Counted from the stretch's first letter, positions 1 to 9,743 are shown. The stretch: DNA of 64,000 nucleotides from Caulobacteraceae bacterium (GCA_965279095.1 CBDIHH010000002.1:20438-84437), one strand, 5' to 3'. The notes: generated by a model not told the origin, from the letters alone. Numbers and translations are program-made.

Positions 1-80
1 CGCCCTTATCCTCCCCCGCTCTTCGCGGGGGAGGGGGACCCCGAAGGGGTGGAGGGGGCGAACCGCTGGCGAGGCCGCCG
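1..80. repeat. Partial copy of the GC-rich nested-palindrome element, family A (CCTTATCCTCCCCCGC...GGTGGAGGGGGCG)
   Basis: Bases 1-60 match the left ~60 nt of the 147-bp units at 22284-22577 almost base for base. Contains hairpins CCCCCGC-tcttc-GCGGGGG and CCCC-gaa-GGGG. Confidence 0.8.
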
Positions 81-101
81 TCACGCCGCTACAGTCCGCG
101 C

Positions 102-743
102 ATGACCCTGATCCGCCGCGCCGTCCTCCTCGCAGCCCTGGCCGCCTTCGCCGCGCCGGCCCTCGCCCAGGCCCCCGCGCCGGCCGCGCCCCAACCCCTG
201 GCCGCCCCCGCCGAGGGCATGGTTCGCGTGCGCCTGAGCACCCCTCAAGGCGCTATCGTGCTGGACCTCAACGCCGCCAAGGCGCCCCTGACCACCGCCA
301 ACTTCCTGCGTTACGTCGACCAGAAGCGCTTCGACGGCGCGACCTTCTATCGGGCCTCGCGGGCGCCCGGGGACCCGACCTACGGCGTCATCCAGGGCGG
401 ATTGCAGAACGACCCAGCCAAGATCCTGCCGCCGGTCCGCCACGAGAGCACGACGAAGACGGGCCTGAAGCACCTGGACGGGACCATCTCCATGGGCCGC
501 CACGCCCCCGGCTCGGCCACCGCCGACTTCTTCATCTGCGTCGGCGACTCGCCCTACCTCGACGCTGACCCGGCGGCCAAGGGCGACAACCTCGGCTTCT
601 CCGCTTTCGGCCAGGTGGTCGAGGGCATGGACGTGGTCAGGAAGATCCTCGCCCTCCCCACCGGCGCCGGCGGCCCGCCTGGCATGAAGGGCGAGATGCT
701 CAAGGCCCCGATCAAGATCACCGCCGCCCGCCGTGTCGGCTAG
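102..743 (+). CDS. Cyclophilin-type peptidyl-prolyl cis-trans isomerase, secreted
   Basis: ATG ORF with high GC3. Signal peptide (LAALAAFAAPALAQA). Cyclophilin signatures (ANFLRYV, HLDGTISMGR, DFFICVGD, FGQVVEGMDVV). Confidence 0.85.
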   Translation: MTLIRRAVLLAALAAFAAPALAQAPAPAAPQPLAAPAEGMVRVRLSTPQGAIVLDLNAAKAPLTTANFLRYVDQKRFDGATFYRASRAPGDPTYGVIQGGLQNDPAKILPPVRHESTTKTGLKHLDGTISMGRHAPGSATADFFICVGDSPYLDADPAAKGDNLGFSAFGQVVEGMDVVRKILALPTGAGGPPGMKGEMLKAPIKITAARRVG

Positions 744-752
744 GGCCCCGCC

Positions 753-1268
753 TTACTGGCCGCCGGGCGCCTTGACCGTGAGATAGGGCGCCGGCGCCGC
801 CTCCGGCGCTGATGGGCCCGGGACCCGGTGATCGGACGGGGGCAGGGACTTCAGATAGGCGACGATCGCCTGGGCGTCCGCGTCGGTCACCTTGGCGTAG
901 CCCTGCCAGGGCATGGCGGTGGCGAGGATGCGCCCGTCCGGTCGCACGCCGGTGCGCAGGGCGGCGATGATCTGGGCCGAGGACCACCGGCCAAGGCCCG
1001 CGTCCGGGTGCGGCGTCAGGTTCGGCGGGTAGACGACCCCTTGGCCGGGAACCTCGAACCCGATCGTGCCCCCCTGCAGATACCCCTGCTCGGGGGCGGG
1101 CGAGAAGGCGCCGGTGTTGTGGCAGCCGGCGCAGTCCATGATGGACACGAGATACCGCCCACGTTCGACGGTATCCGGCGCGGCGCCGTCGGCGCGACCG
1201 ACGGCGCCGGCCAGCAGAAGGGGGGCCGCGACAAAGGCGGCCAGGGTAAGCGTCACAGGACGAGACAT
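753..1268 (-). CDS. Monohaem c-type cytochrome, periplasmic
   Basis: Signal peptide followed by one CAGCH haem-binding motif. Coding-like GC3. Confidence 0.75.
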   Translation of the reverse strand: MSRPVTLTLAAFVAAPLLLAGAVGRADGAAPDTVERGRYLVSIMDCAGCHNTGAFSPAPEQGYLQGGTIGFEVPGQGVVYPPNLTPHPDAGLGRWSSAQIIAALRTGVRPDGRILATAMPWQGYAKVTDADAQAIVAYLKSLPPSDHRVPGPSAPEAAPAPYLTVKAPGGQ

Positions 1269-1411
1269 GGGATTCTCCTGGGGTCAGTTCGCGCCTCGGC
1301 GGCTGCCGCCGGCCCAGGCCGAGAACATTTCACAGCGCAGCACAGCACAGCTTATGCGCCGAAGACAAGAGTCGGCCGCCGCCCCGAAAGAGCCTTCGCC
1401 GGCGCCCGCTG

Positions 1412-1981
1412 TCAGTCCTTGGCGCGTTCCTGGTAGGAGCCGTCCTCGGTGAGGATCACCACCCGCGTCCCCGCCGTGATGTAGGGGGGGATCATGATGC
1501 GGTGGCCGTTGGTCAGGGTCGCGGGCTTGTAGGAGCCCGACGCCGTCTGGCCCTTCACGACCGGCTCGGTGTCGGCGATCTCCAGGGTCACCAGCCGGGG
1601 CAGTTCCAGGGCGATGGGCACGTCGTTGTGGGTCGACAGCTGCACCAGCATCCCCTCCTGCAGGTAGGCGGCCATGTCGCCGACCACGTCCTCGGGCGCC
1701 ACCACCTGGTCGTAGGTCTCCGGGTTCATGAAGTGGTAGCCCTCGCCGTCCTGATACAGGAAGGTGTGCTCGCGCTGGTCGACGAAGGCCCGCTCCACCG
1801 TCTCGGTGGTGCGATAGCGCTCGGCCACCTTCACCCCGTCGGAGATCCGGCGCATGTTCAGCTGGGTCACCGGCGTGCCCTTGCCGGGGTGGATGTTGTC
1901 GGCGTTCAGCACGACATAGAGCTTGCCGTCGAGATCGACGACATTGCCCTTGCGCAGCGAACTGGCGGCTACCTTCGGCAC
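1412..1981 (-). CDS. efp: Elongation factor P
   Basis: Full-length EF-P-like sequence with the conserved HPGKG loop lysine. GTG start at 1979-1981 chosen because the ORF-track N-terminal extension is Arg/Gly-rich shadow sequence. Confidence 0.9.
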   Translation of the reverse strand: MPKVAASSLRKGNVVDLDGKLYVVLNADNIHPGKGTPVTQLNMRRISDGVKVAERYRTTETVERAFVDQREHTFLYQDGEGYHFMNPETYDQVVAPEDVVGDMAAYLQEGMLVQLSTHNDVPIALELPRLVTLEIADTEPVVKGQTASGSYKPATLTNGHRIMIPPYITAGTRVVILTEDGSYQERAKD

Positions 1982-2055
1982 GATGTCTTCCTCATAGGAT
2001 GGTTTGCCCGCACCTATAGCGATCCGGCGCCGTTGCGCTAGACCCGGCGCCTTAG

Positions 2056-3117
2056 ATGGAGACCGCCGCCTTGACCGCCCCCACGCCCTGGTGGAGCCCC
2101 GAGCGCCACCGCGACCGCCGCCCACGCCTGTTGGCCCGGGGCCGGATCAAGGCGGCCCTGCGCGCCTGGTTCGAGGCCGGGGGCTTCACCGAGGTCGAGG
2201 CCGCCGCCCTGCAGGTGTCCCCCGGCAACGAGGCGCACCTGCACGCCTTCGCCACCGAACTGGTGGGGCCAGGGGGAGAGACCGCGCGCCTTTACCTGCA
2301 CACCTCACCCGAATTCGCCTGCAAGCGGCTGCTGGCGGCCGGGGAGTCCGCGATCTTCGATTTCGCCCGGGTGTGGCGCAATCGCGAGCGCGGGCCGCTG
2401 CACCATCCGGAGTTCACCATGCTCGAATGGTACCGCGCCGGCGCGCCCTATGAGGCGCTGATGGACGACTGCGCCGCCCTGCTGGCCCTGGCCGCCGACA
2501 CGGTGGCGGCGCCGGCGCTGACCTGGCGGGGCCGCCGCTGCGACCCCCGCCTGCCGCCGGAGCGGATCACCGTGGCGGAGGCCTTCGAGCGCCACGCCCG
2601 CATCGATCTGCTGGCCACCATGGCGCCGGACGGGGCCACCGACCGCGAGGCCATGGCCGCGGCCGCCCGCTCCGTGGGCGAGCGCGTCGACGCCGAGGAC
2701 ACCTGGGCCGACCTGTTCAGCCGCCTGATCGCCGGCCGGGTGGAGCCTCACCTGGGGCAGGGGCGGGCGACCATCCTCTATGACTACCCCGTCGCCGAGG
2801 CGGCCCTGGCCCGTCGCAGTCCCCGCGATCCCCGCGTCGCCGAGCGGTTCGAGCTCTATGCGTGCGGGGTGGAGCTGGCCAACGCCTTCGGCGAACTGAC
2901 GGACCCCCAGGAGCAGCGCCGCCGCTTCAACGCCGAAATGGCCGAGATGGCCCGCGTCTACGGCTCCAGCTATCCCCTCGACGAGGACTTCCTCGCCGCC
3001 CTGGCGCACATGCCCGAGGCCAGCGGCTGCGCCCTGGGCTTCGACCGCCTGGTGATGCTGGCGGTGGGCGCCGAGCACATCGAGCAGGTGCTGTGGACGC
3101 CTGTGGCGAGTCCGTAA
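2056..3117 (+). CDS. epmA: EF-P--(R)-beta-lysine ligase (PoxA/GenX, truncated class II LysRS paralogue)
   Basis: Class II aaRS core motifs ([38 protein letters not shown]). Divergent from efp across a 74-bp spacer. Confidence 0.85.
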   Translation: METAALTAPTPWWSPERHRDRRPRLLARGRIKAALRAWFEAGGFTEVEAAALQVSPGNEAHLHAFATELVGPGGETARLYLHTSPEFACKRLLAAGESAIFDFARVWRNRERGPLHHPEFTMLEWYRAGAPYEALMDDCAALLALAADTVAAPALTWRGRRCDPRLPPERITVAEAFERHARIDLLATMAPDGATDREAMAAAARSVGERVDAEDTWADLFSRLIAGRVEPHLGQGRATILYDYPVAEAALARRSPRDPRVAERFELYACGVELANAFGELTDPQEQRRRFNAEMAEMARVYGSSYPLDEDFLAALAHMPEASGCALGFDRLVMLAVGAEHIEQVLWTPVASP

Positions 3118-3172
3118 TTCGGGGACACTATACTTAATGCGTATCGCATTAAGTATAGTGTCCCCGAATTAC
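3114..3172. repeat. Perfect palindrome with 28-bp arms and a 3-nt loop, AT-rich (about 43% GC)
   Basis: GTAATTCGGGGACACTATACTTAATGCG-tat-CGCATTAAGTATAGTGTCCCCGAATTAC. Contains the TAA stop of epmA (3115-3117) and the TAA stop of the esterase on the other strand (3169-3171). Confidence 0.95.
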
Positions 3173-3828
3173 CCCAGCCTCTGCAGGAGGAAGTCCCGGC
3201 CCAGGGTCAGGCCGGCCTCGTCGACGCTGTGGCCGAGGCCGCGGCAGACGTGGGTGGCGACGTCGAAGCCCAGGGGGGTCAGCGCGGCCTCGGCCTGGCG
3301 CAGGGCGGCCACCGGCAGGACCTGGTCGGCGTCGCCGTGGACCAGCAGCACCGGCGGGCGGGTGAGCGTCTCGGCGGCCAGGGCCTCGGGGTCGGCGAGC
3401 ATGCCCGAATAGCCGACGATGCCGGCGATGGCGCGCTCGCGGCGAGGGCCGACGTGCAGGGCCATCATCGTGCCCTGGCTGAAGCCGACGAGGGCCAGCC
3501 GGTCCTCGGCCAGGCCGTGGCGGGCGAGAAGGTCGTCGATATAGGCGTTCAACGCCGGGGCCGAAATCCGCACCCCGGCGGCCCGGGCCTGCGGCGACAG
3601 GCTGGTCAGGGGCCACCACTGGTAGCCGCCCATGGACCCCGGACAGGCCTGCGGGGCGTTGGGCGAGACGAACAGGGTGTCGGGCAGGGCGGCGCGCCAA
3701 TAGGGGACTAGGCCGATCAGGTCGTCGCCGTTCGAGCCATAGCCGTGCAGCAGCACGACCACGGAGGTGGGCGGGCCGCCCGAGGCGGGCGCAACGGAGG
3801 GGCCGTCGAGGGTCGGTATGTCGCTCAT
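3169..3828 (-). CDS. Phospholipase/carboxylesterase-family alpha/beta hydrolase
   Basis: GFSQG nucleophile elbow, and a VHGDAD...GLGHS acid/His region typical of the carboxylesterase family. Confidence 0.75.
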   Translation of the reverse strand: MSDIPTLDGPSVAPASGGPPTSVVVLLHGYGSNGDDLIGLVPYWRAALPDTLFVSPNAPQACPGSMGGYQWWPLTSLSPQARAAGVRISAPALNAYIDDLLARHGLAEDRLALVGFSQGTMMALHVGPRRERAIAGIVGYSGMLADPEALAAETLTRPPVLLVHGDADQVLPVAALRQAEAALTPLGFDVATHVCRGLGHSVDEAGLTLGRDFLLQRLG

Positions 3829-3891
3829 GCCCCGCAGGTGGGGCAGGGCGCGCGCCCCGTCAAGCGCGACGGGGCGCGAACCGCCGGCGCG

Positions 3892-4797
3892 TCAGGCGGG
3901 CAGCAGCTTGCGATACAGGTGCCAGGTGGCGTGGCCCAGCACGGGCACGGTGACGATCAGCCCGGCGAGGGCGGGGAGGGAACCCAGTACCAGGCCCGCC
4001 GCCACCACCAGCCCCCAGGCGGCCATGGTCACGGGGTTGGCGGCCATCGCCTGCACCGACGCCTTCACCGCCGCGCCCATGGGCACGTCGCGATCCAGCA
4101 GCAGCGGGAAGGAGATCGCCCCGATCGCCAGCACCACCACCGCGAAGCCGAAGCCGGCCGCCATGCCGATGGTCAGCATCGCCCAGCCGGCCGGGGTGGT
4201 GACGGTGTCGGTGATCAGGGCGCCGAGGGAGGCCGGGGCCTCGGGGCCCACGGTGGCCATGAAGATGCCGTAAGCCGTCAGCAGCCAGACGGCGAACAGA
4301 CCCACCAGCACCGCCGTCAGGGCGGCTATGGCGGGCAGGGCGGGGGAGCGGAGCACCTCGAAGGCGTCGGTCCAGACCACCTCACGGCCCTGCTCGCGCA
4401 CCCGGCTGATCTCGTAGAGGCCGAGGGCGGCGACCGGGCCCAAGAGGGCGAAACCGGCGGCCAGGGGGAACAGCAGCGGCACCAGGTCGGCGTTCAGGGC
4501 GGCGGCCCCCAGGATCAGGCCCGCCACCGGATAGATCAGGCACAGGAAGATCACGTCGGTGCGGTAGGCGCCCATGTCGCCCACGGCCTTCACCAGGCAG
4601 TCCTTCAGGTCGGCCAGGCCGATCCGCCGCGCCGCCGGCAAGGGCGCCGTTCGGCCGGCCGCCTGGTGCTGAGGCGGTCGCCAGTGGCTGAGGTCGGCGG
4701 TGGCCGACGACAGTTGTTCAAGGGTCAGTTCGAAGGGGTTTCTGATGGCCACGGCTTGGCTCCTGCCCGTTGCAGGGTCCGACCGCTGTCCGCTCAT
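3892..4797 (-). CDS. Polytopic membrane protein (DUF2189-like)
   Basis: Several hydrophobic helices and high GC3. Start set at internal ATG 4795-4797. Family call is from memory only. Confidence 0.55.
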   Translation of the reverse strand: MSGQRSDPATGRSQAVAIRNPFELTLEQLSSATADLSHWRPPQHQAAGRTAPLPAARRIGLADLKDCLVKAVGDMGAYRTDVIFLCLIYPVAGLILGAAALNADLVPLLFPLAAGFALLGPVAALGLYEISRVREQGREVVWTDAFEVLRSPALPAIAALTAVLVGLFAVWLLTAYGIFMATVGPEAPASLGALITDTVTTPAGWAMLTIGMAAGFGFAVVVLAIGAISFPLLLDRDVPMGAAVKASVQAMAANPVTMAAWGLVVAAGLVLGSLPALAGLIVTVPVLGHATWHLYRKLLPA

Positions 4798-4894
4798 GGA
4801 CGCAACCGCGACCCAAGACGGGCCCAGCATACACCTGTTTCGGCGGCGCTCCCAGGGGCACGACGAGGGGGCCTGGCGTGCTAAGGACACCCCC

Positions 4895-5899
4895 ATGACC
4901 CTGCGCACCCTCCAGGCCCTCGCGGGCGCCGACCTGATCCCCGAAAGCCGCCTGCCCGCCCTGCGCGACGTCGCCGCCCGCTACGCCATCGCCATCACCC
5001 CGGCCATGGCCGAGCTGGCCCACCGCCCGCCCATCGCCCGCCAGTTCGTGCCCAACCCGCGCGAGATGGACGTCAGCCCCGCAGAACGGGCCGACCCGAT
5101 CGGCGATCAGGCCCATAGCCCCGTGGAGGGCGTCGTCCATCGCTACCCCGACCGGGTGCTGCTCAAGATCACCCACACCTGCGCCGTCTATTGCCGCTTC
5201 TGCTTCCGCCGCGAGATGGTCGGCCCCCAGGCCGAGACCCTGTCGCCGCCGGCCCTGGACGCCGCCCTGGCCTATATCGCCGCCCGGCCGCAGGTCTGGG
5301 AGGTGATCCTCACCGGCGGCGATCCCCTGGTGCTGTCGCCCCGCCGCCTGCGCGCGGTGATGCAGAGTCTGGCGGCCATCGACCACGTCCGGGTGATCCG
5401 CCTGCACACCCGCGTGCCCGCCGTCTCGCCCCAGGCCATCACCCCGGACATGGTCGAGGCGCTCACGGTCCCCGGCCGCGCGGTGTGGGTCGCCCTGCAC
5501 GCCAACCATCCTGACGAGCTGACCCCGGCCGCCCGCGCCGCCTGCGCGCGCCTGATCGACGCCGGCCTGCCGATGGTCAGCCAGAGCGTGCTGCTGCGGG
5601 GCGTCAACGATGATCCCGCGGTGCTGGGAGCCCTGATGCGCGCCTTCGTCGAGACCCGCATCAAGCCCTACTACCTGCATCACGCCGACCTCGCCCCCGG
5701 CACCGCCCACCACCGCACGACCCTGGAGGAGGGGCAGGCGCTGATGCGCGCGATCCGCGGGGACCTGTCGGGCCTCTGCCAGCCTACGTACGTCCTCGAC
5801 ATCCCCGGCGGCCACGGCAAGGTCCCGGTGGGGCCGGGATACCTGGAGGGCGACGAGGTCACCGATCCGTGGGGCGGGGCGCACGCCTACGAGCCCTAG
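4895..5899 (+). CDS. epmB: Lysine 2,3-aminomutase-like radical SAM enzyme (EF-P beta-lysylation)
   Basis: Radical SAM CAVYCRFC motif and KamA/YjeK-like sequence. Start moved to ATG 4895 (MTLRTLQAL). Confidence 0.85.
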   Translation: MTLRTLQALAGADLIPESRLPALRDVAARYAIAITPAMAELAHRPPIARQFVPNPREMDVSPAERADPIGDQAHSPVEGVVHRYPDRVLLKITHTCAVYCRFCFRREMVGPQAETLSPPALDAALAYIAARPQVWEVILTGGDPLVLSPRRLRAVMQSLAAIDHVRVIRLHTRVPAVSPQAITPDMVEALTVPGRAVWVALHANHPDELTPAARAACARLIDAGLPMVSQSVLLRGVNDDPAVLGALMRAFVETRIKPYYLHHADLAPGTAHHRTTLEEGQALMRAIRGDLSGLCQPTYVLDIPGGHGKVPVGPGYLEGDEVTDPWGGAHAYEP

Positions 5900-5907
5900 G
5901 CAATCCC

Positions 5908-6004
5908 AATCCCGCATTCCCCGCGGAAGCGGGGACCCAGGCTTTGCCCCCAGCGCGGCGGCCGCTGATAGTCTGGGTCCCCGCTTCCGCGGGGAGTGCG
6001 GATT
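5908..6004. repeat. Nested-palindrome MITE-like element (superfamily D/E)
   Basis: Arm AATCCCGCATTCCCCGCGGAAGCGGGGACCCAG and its near-perfect inverted copy, separated by a ~30-nt core. Each arm holds its own hairpin, CCCCGC-ggaa-GCGGGG. Confidence 0.85.
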
Positions 6005-6023
6005 CTGGTGGTAGGTTGACCGC

Positions 6024-7106
6024 CTACCCCAAATAGACCCGCTCCGCCCGCGCCCCCAGGCGGGTCAGCACCTCATAGGCGATGGTGCCCGCCGCCGCCG
6101 CCGCGTCGTCGATCAGGCGGTTGGGGCCGACGATCTCGACCATCGCCCCCGGGATGGCGGCCTCGCAGCCGGTGACGTCCACCGCGATCAGGTCCATCGA
6201 CACCCGCCCCAGCAGGGGGCGCAGCGCCCCGTCGAACCATACCGCTCCGGCCGGGCTCGATGAGCGCAACACCCCGTCGGCATAGCCCGCCGCGACGATC
6301 GCCACCCGCATGCCCGCCTCGGCGGTATAGGCCGCGCCATAGCCGACGCTCTCTCCGCGCGACACCGCCCGCACCTGCAGGATGGGCGCCTCATAGGCAG
6401 CCACCGCCCGCACCCGCCGGTCCGGCCGCTCATGGGGGCCGCCGCCATACAGGGTGATCCCCGGCCGCACGAGGTCGAAGGCGAAGGCCTCGCCCATGAA
6501 GGTCCCGGCGGAATTGGCCAGGCTGACCTTGGCTCCGGGAAACAGGGCCCGGGCGGCGCGCAGGCGGCCGACCTGGCGGGCGTTCATGGGATCGTCGTCG
6601 TCGCCGGCGCAGGCCAGGTGGCTCATCAGCAGGCCTACCGCCAGCGGGGCCAGCCGATCGCTCTGACCCAGGGTCGCCGCCTCCTCGGTCCGCAGGCCCA
6701 GCCGGTTCATGCCGGTGTCGATGTGCACGCCGCAGGGCAGGGGGGAGTCCCGGCCGCGGGCGAAGGCGGCGTATTCCTCGATCTGCGCCAGGCTGTTGAG
6801 GACGGGGGTCAGCCGCGCGGCCGCCAGGCGACGGGCGCCGCCGGCGGTGGCTCCGTCCAGGACGTAGATGGTCGCCTCGAACTGCCCCAGCGCCTCGCGC
6901 AGGGCCTCGCCTTCCTCGAGCCGGGCCACGAAGAAGCGCCGCGCGCCCTCCGTCCACAGCCGCGTCGCCACCCGGGCGGCGCCCAGGCCGTAGGCGTCCG
7001 CCTTCACCACCGGGGCGACCTCGGCCGCTCCGGCCTGGCTTCGCAGGAGGGCATGGTTGGCGGCGAGGGCGTCGAGGTCGACGGTCAGGCGGGCGCGTTG
7101 CGACAT
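6024..7106 (-). CDS. alr: Alanine racemase
   Basis: PLP-lysine motif [10 protein letters not shown] and full-length Alr-like sequence. Confidence 0.9.
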   Translation of the reverse strand: MSQRARLTVDLDALAANHALLRSQAGAAEVAPVVKADAYGLGAARVATRLWTEGARRFFVARLEEGEALREALGQFEATIYVLDGATAGGARRLAAARLTPVLNSLAQIEEYAAFARGRDSPLPCGVHIDTGMNRLGLRTEEAATLGQSDRLAPLAVGLLMSHLACAGDDDDPMNARQVGRLRAARALFPGAKVSLANSAGTFMGEAFAFDLVRPGITLYGGGPHERPDRRVRAVAAYEAPILQVRAVSRGESVGYGAAYTAEAGMRVAIVAAGYADGVLRSSSPAGAVWFDGALRPLLGRVSMDLIAVDVTGCEAAIPGAMVEIVGPNRLIDDAAAAAGTIAYEVLTRLGARAERVYLG

Positions 7107-7242
7107 GCCTGGGCTTCTAGGCCGACACGCCGTCGGCGCAAAGCCGGCCCTTCCGCCTTCGCTTGTCGGAGACGGGCGTGTCGGCGCTTGACCGGCCGCG
7201 ACAAGCCGGGTCTAGCCTCGATAAAGCAGTTCGGGGACAGGC

Positions 7243-8646
7243 ATGGACAAGGTGTGGGACGTAGCGGTGGTCGGGGCCGGGACGGCGGGTCTCCCGGCGG
7301 CCTTGGCGGCGGCGGCGCGAGGCGCGCAGGTGCTGCTGGTCGAGGCGGCCGATGTGATCGGCGGCACCCTCCACCTGTCCAGCGGCAGCCTGTCGGCGGC
7401 CGGCGGGCGCGTCCAGGCGGCCAAGGGCATTTCTGATTCGCCCCAGCAGCACCTCGACGACTGCATCCGCATCGTGCACGGCTCGTGCGACGAGCCGAAG
7501 CTCAAGCTGTGGATCGACAACGCCGCCGACAGCCTGGAATGGCTCCTCGATAGCGGGCTTCAGTTCGGCGACAACCAGCCCGGCATGAACAACGCGCACG
7601 AACCTTATGACGCCGCGCGCATCTACACCCCGCCCACCGGCGGCCTCGCCTATATCGAAACCCTGCGCCCCCTGGTCGAGAAGGCCGTGGCGGACGGCCA
7701 GATCACCCCGATGCTCAATACCCGCATGACGGCGGTGACCACCGACGAGAGCGGCGCGGCCACCGGGCTGACGGCGCGGGGTCCGGACGGCGCCGATGTG
7801 CTCATCACGGCGCGCAACGTGGTCCTCACCACCGGCGGCTACGCGGCCAGCGACGACTATTGGATGGAGCAGCACGGCCGGCCCAAGCGGGTCCACGCCT
7901 GGCCGCACTCCCAGGGCGACGGCATCACCGCGGCGCGGGCCCTGGGCGCCCAGGTGCGCAATGCGGAAAACTTCCTGCCCACCGTCGGCGGCACGGTGGA
8001 TATCGACGCCCCGGAGACCTACTGGCTGCACACCCTCAATTCGGCCGTGTTCCGCAAGCCTTGGGAGATCTTCGTCAACATGAACGGCGAGCGGTTCATG
8101 TCCGAGGACCGCACCGATCCGGACATGCGCGAGCGGCTGCTGCTGGCCCAGCCGGACGCCTCGTTCTGGATCGTCTTCGACGCCCGGGCCCGGCGCGAAT
8201 CGCCCAACTTCTTCCGCTGGCCCGAGGACAAGGTCGAGCGCGCCTTCCAGACGCACGACGACTTCCAGCGCGCCGACACCCTGGAGGGCCTCGCCGAGGC
8301 CTGCGGCCTGAACCCCAAGGCCCTGGCGACCACCGTGGCGCGCTACAACGCCGGCCAGAAGGTCGGCAGCGACGTGTTCGACCGCGCCCACATGCCCGCC
8401 CCCATCGCCGAGGCGCCCTTCTATGCCGTCCGGCACTACGGCATCTCGGTGCTGGGCTTTGGCGGCATCGACACCGACACGCAGCTGAGGGTGCTGGACG
8501 CCAACGGCAAGCCGATCCCCCACCTCTACGCCGCCGGCGAGATCATGGGGGCCGGGGTGTTCGGCAACGGCTACCTGGGCGGCTCGATGGTGGGCTCCGC
8601 GGTGACCTTCGGTCGTCTGCTGGGCGACCGCATCCTGGCCTGGTGA
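7243..8646 (+). CDS. FAD-dependent oxidoreductase (fumarate reductase / ketosteroid dehydrogenase-type flavoprotein)
   Basis: N-terminal VAVVGAGTAGL Rossmann motif and C-terminal LYAAGEIMGAG FAD-contact region. No signal peptide. Confidence 0.7.
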   Translation: MDKVWDVAVVGAGTAGLPAALAAAARGAQVLLVEAADVIGGTLHLSSGSLSAAGGRVQAAKGISDSPQQHLDDCIRIVHGSCDEPKLKLWIDNAADSLEWLLDSGLQFGDNQPGMNNAHEPYDAARIYTPPTGGLAYIETLRPLVEKAVADGQITPMLNTRMTAVTTDESGAATGLTARGPDGADVLITARNVVLTTGGYAASDDYWMEQHGRPKRVHAWPHSQGDGITAARALGAQVRNAENFLPTVGGTVDIDAPETYWLHTLNSAVFRKPWEIFVNMNGERFMSEDRTDPDMRERLLLAQPDASFWIVFDARARRESPNFFRWPEDKVERAFQTHDDFQRADTLEGLAEACGLNPKALATTVARYNAGQKVGSDVFDRAHMPAPIAEAPFYAVRHYGISVLGFGGIDTDTQLRVLDANGKPIPHLYAAGEIMGAGVFGNGYLGGSMVGSAVTFGRLLGDRILAW

Positions 8647-8683
8647 GCGGGTGTTTGCCGATGAGGAAGAAGGCGTGAGCGTT

Positions 8684-9085
8684 ATGATGAAACCGATGAG
8701 ACCGCAGCCCCTGGCTGGCCTGGCGATAGGCGCGCTGCTCATCGCCTTGCCGGGCGCCGCGGCCGCGCAGGACGCCGCCGCCGGCAAGAAGGCCTTCAAC
8801 CAGCAGTGCCGGGTCTGCCACCAGGTCGCCACGGGCGCCGGCAGCGCCATGGGGCCCAACCTCGCGGGGGTGACGGGGCGCAAGGCTGCCGCCGATCCCG
8901 CCTTCGACTATTCCCCCGGCTTCCGCGCCGCCGCCGCCAAGGGCCTGACCTGGGACGCCGCCTCGCTGGATCGCTTTCTGACCCAGCCGACGGCCGAGAT
9001 CCCCGGATCGCGCATGCCCACCGCGGTGCCCAATGCCGCGACCCGCGGGGACCTGATCGCCTATCTGGGGACGCTCAAGCCGTAG
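8684..9085 (+). CDS. Monohaem cytochrome c, periplasmic
   Basis: Signal peptide (AIGALLIALPGAAAA), CRVCH motif and distal GSRMP. GAGGAAGAAGG RBS upstream. The start lies 38 nt after the flavoprotein stop. Confidence 0.8.
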   Translation: MMKPMRPQPLAGLAIGALLIALPGAAAAQDAAAGKKAFNQQCRVCHQVATGAGSAMGPNLAGVTGRKAAADPAFDYSPGFRAAAAKGLTWDAASLDRFLTQPTAEIPGSRMPTAVPNAATRGDLIAYLGTLKP

Positions 9086-9092
9086 GGGCGCT

Positions 9093-9200
9093 CGTCATCG
9101 TCCGGCTTGACCGGACGACCCAGCTGCGCCGGCCTCGACGCTCAGATCGGCGCGGTCAGGTTGCGCCCGTGGGTCGTCCGGTCGGCCTGGACGATGACGG
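9093..9200. repeat. Nested-palindrome MITE-like element (superfamily D/E)
   Basis: CGTCATCGTCCGGCTTGACCGGACGACCCAG ... GGGTCGTCCGGTCGGCCTGGACGATGACGG. Confidence 0.8.
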
Positions 9201-9236
9201 CCAAGGGAGCAGGCCGGTTGGACGCCGCCGCCCGCC

Positions 9237-9743
9237 CTACGCCTTGTGGATCGGGTCGATCCAGGCGACTTCCTCGACCTTTTCGGCCGGCTCGATATCG
9301 AGGTTGACCACCACCGCCTCGTTGTCGCTGCGCACCAGCACGCACTCCAGGGTCTCGTCGGTGGAGGCGTTGATCTCCTGGTGCGGGACGTAGGGCGGCA
9401 CATAGATGAAGTCGCCGGGGCCGGCCTCGGCGGTGAATTCCAGCGCCTCGCCCCAGCGCATGCGGGCGCGTCCCTTGACGATGTAGATGACGCTTTCCAG
9501 CGGCCCGTGGTGGTGGGCGCCGGTCTTGGCGTTTGGGTGGATATGGACGGTGCCGGCCCAGATCTTCTGGGCGCCCACCCGCGCGAAATCGATGGCGGCG
9601 GCGCGGTTCATCCCGGGGGTCTGGACGGTGTTGGCGTCGAGGGAGCCGGCGGGAATGACCCGCACGCCGGTTTCGCGCCAGTGGTCGTGCGGCGGCGCAT
9701 CGGCGGCGTGGTCGTGGCCGTGGTCGTCGGTGGGAGCGGTCAT
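9237..9743 (-). CDS. Cupin-domain protein
   Basis: Cupin motifs (GAHHHGPLESVIYIVKGRA ... PPYVPHQE). His/Asp-rich N-terminus. Start at ATG 9741-9743. Confidence 0.7.
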   Translation of the reverse strand: MTAPTDDHGHDHAADAPPHDHWRETGVRVIPAGSLDANTVQTPGMNRAAAIDFARVGAQKIWAGTVHIHPNAKTGAHHHGPLESVIYIVKGRARMRWGEALEFTAEAGPGDFIYVPPYVPHQEINASTDETLECVLVRSDNEAVVVNLDIEPAEKVEEVAWIDPIHKA

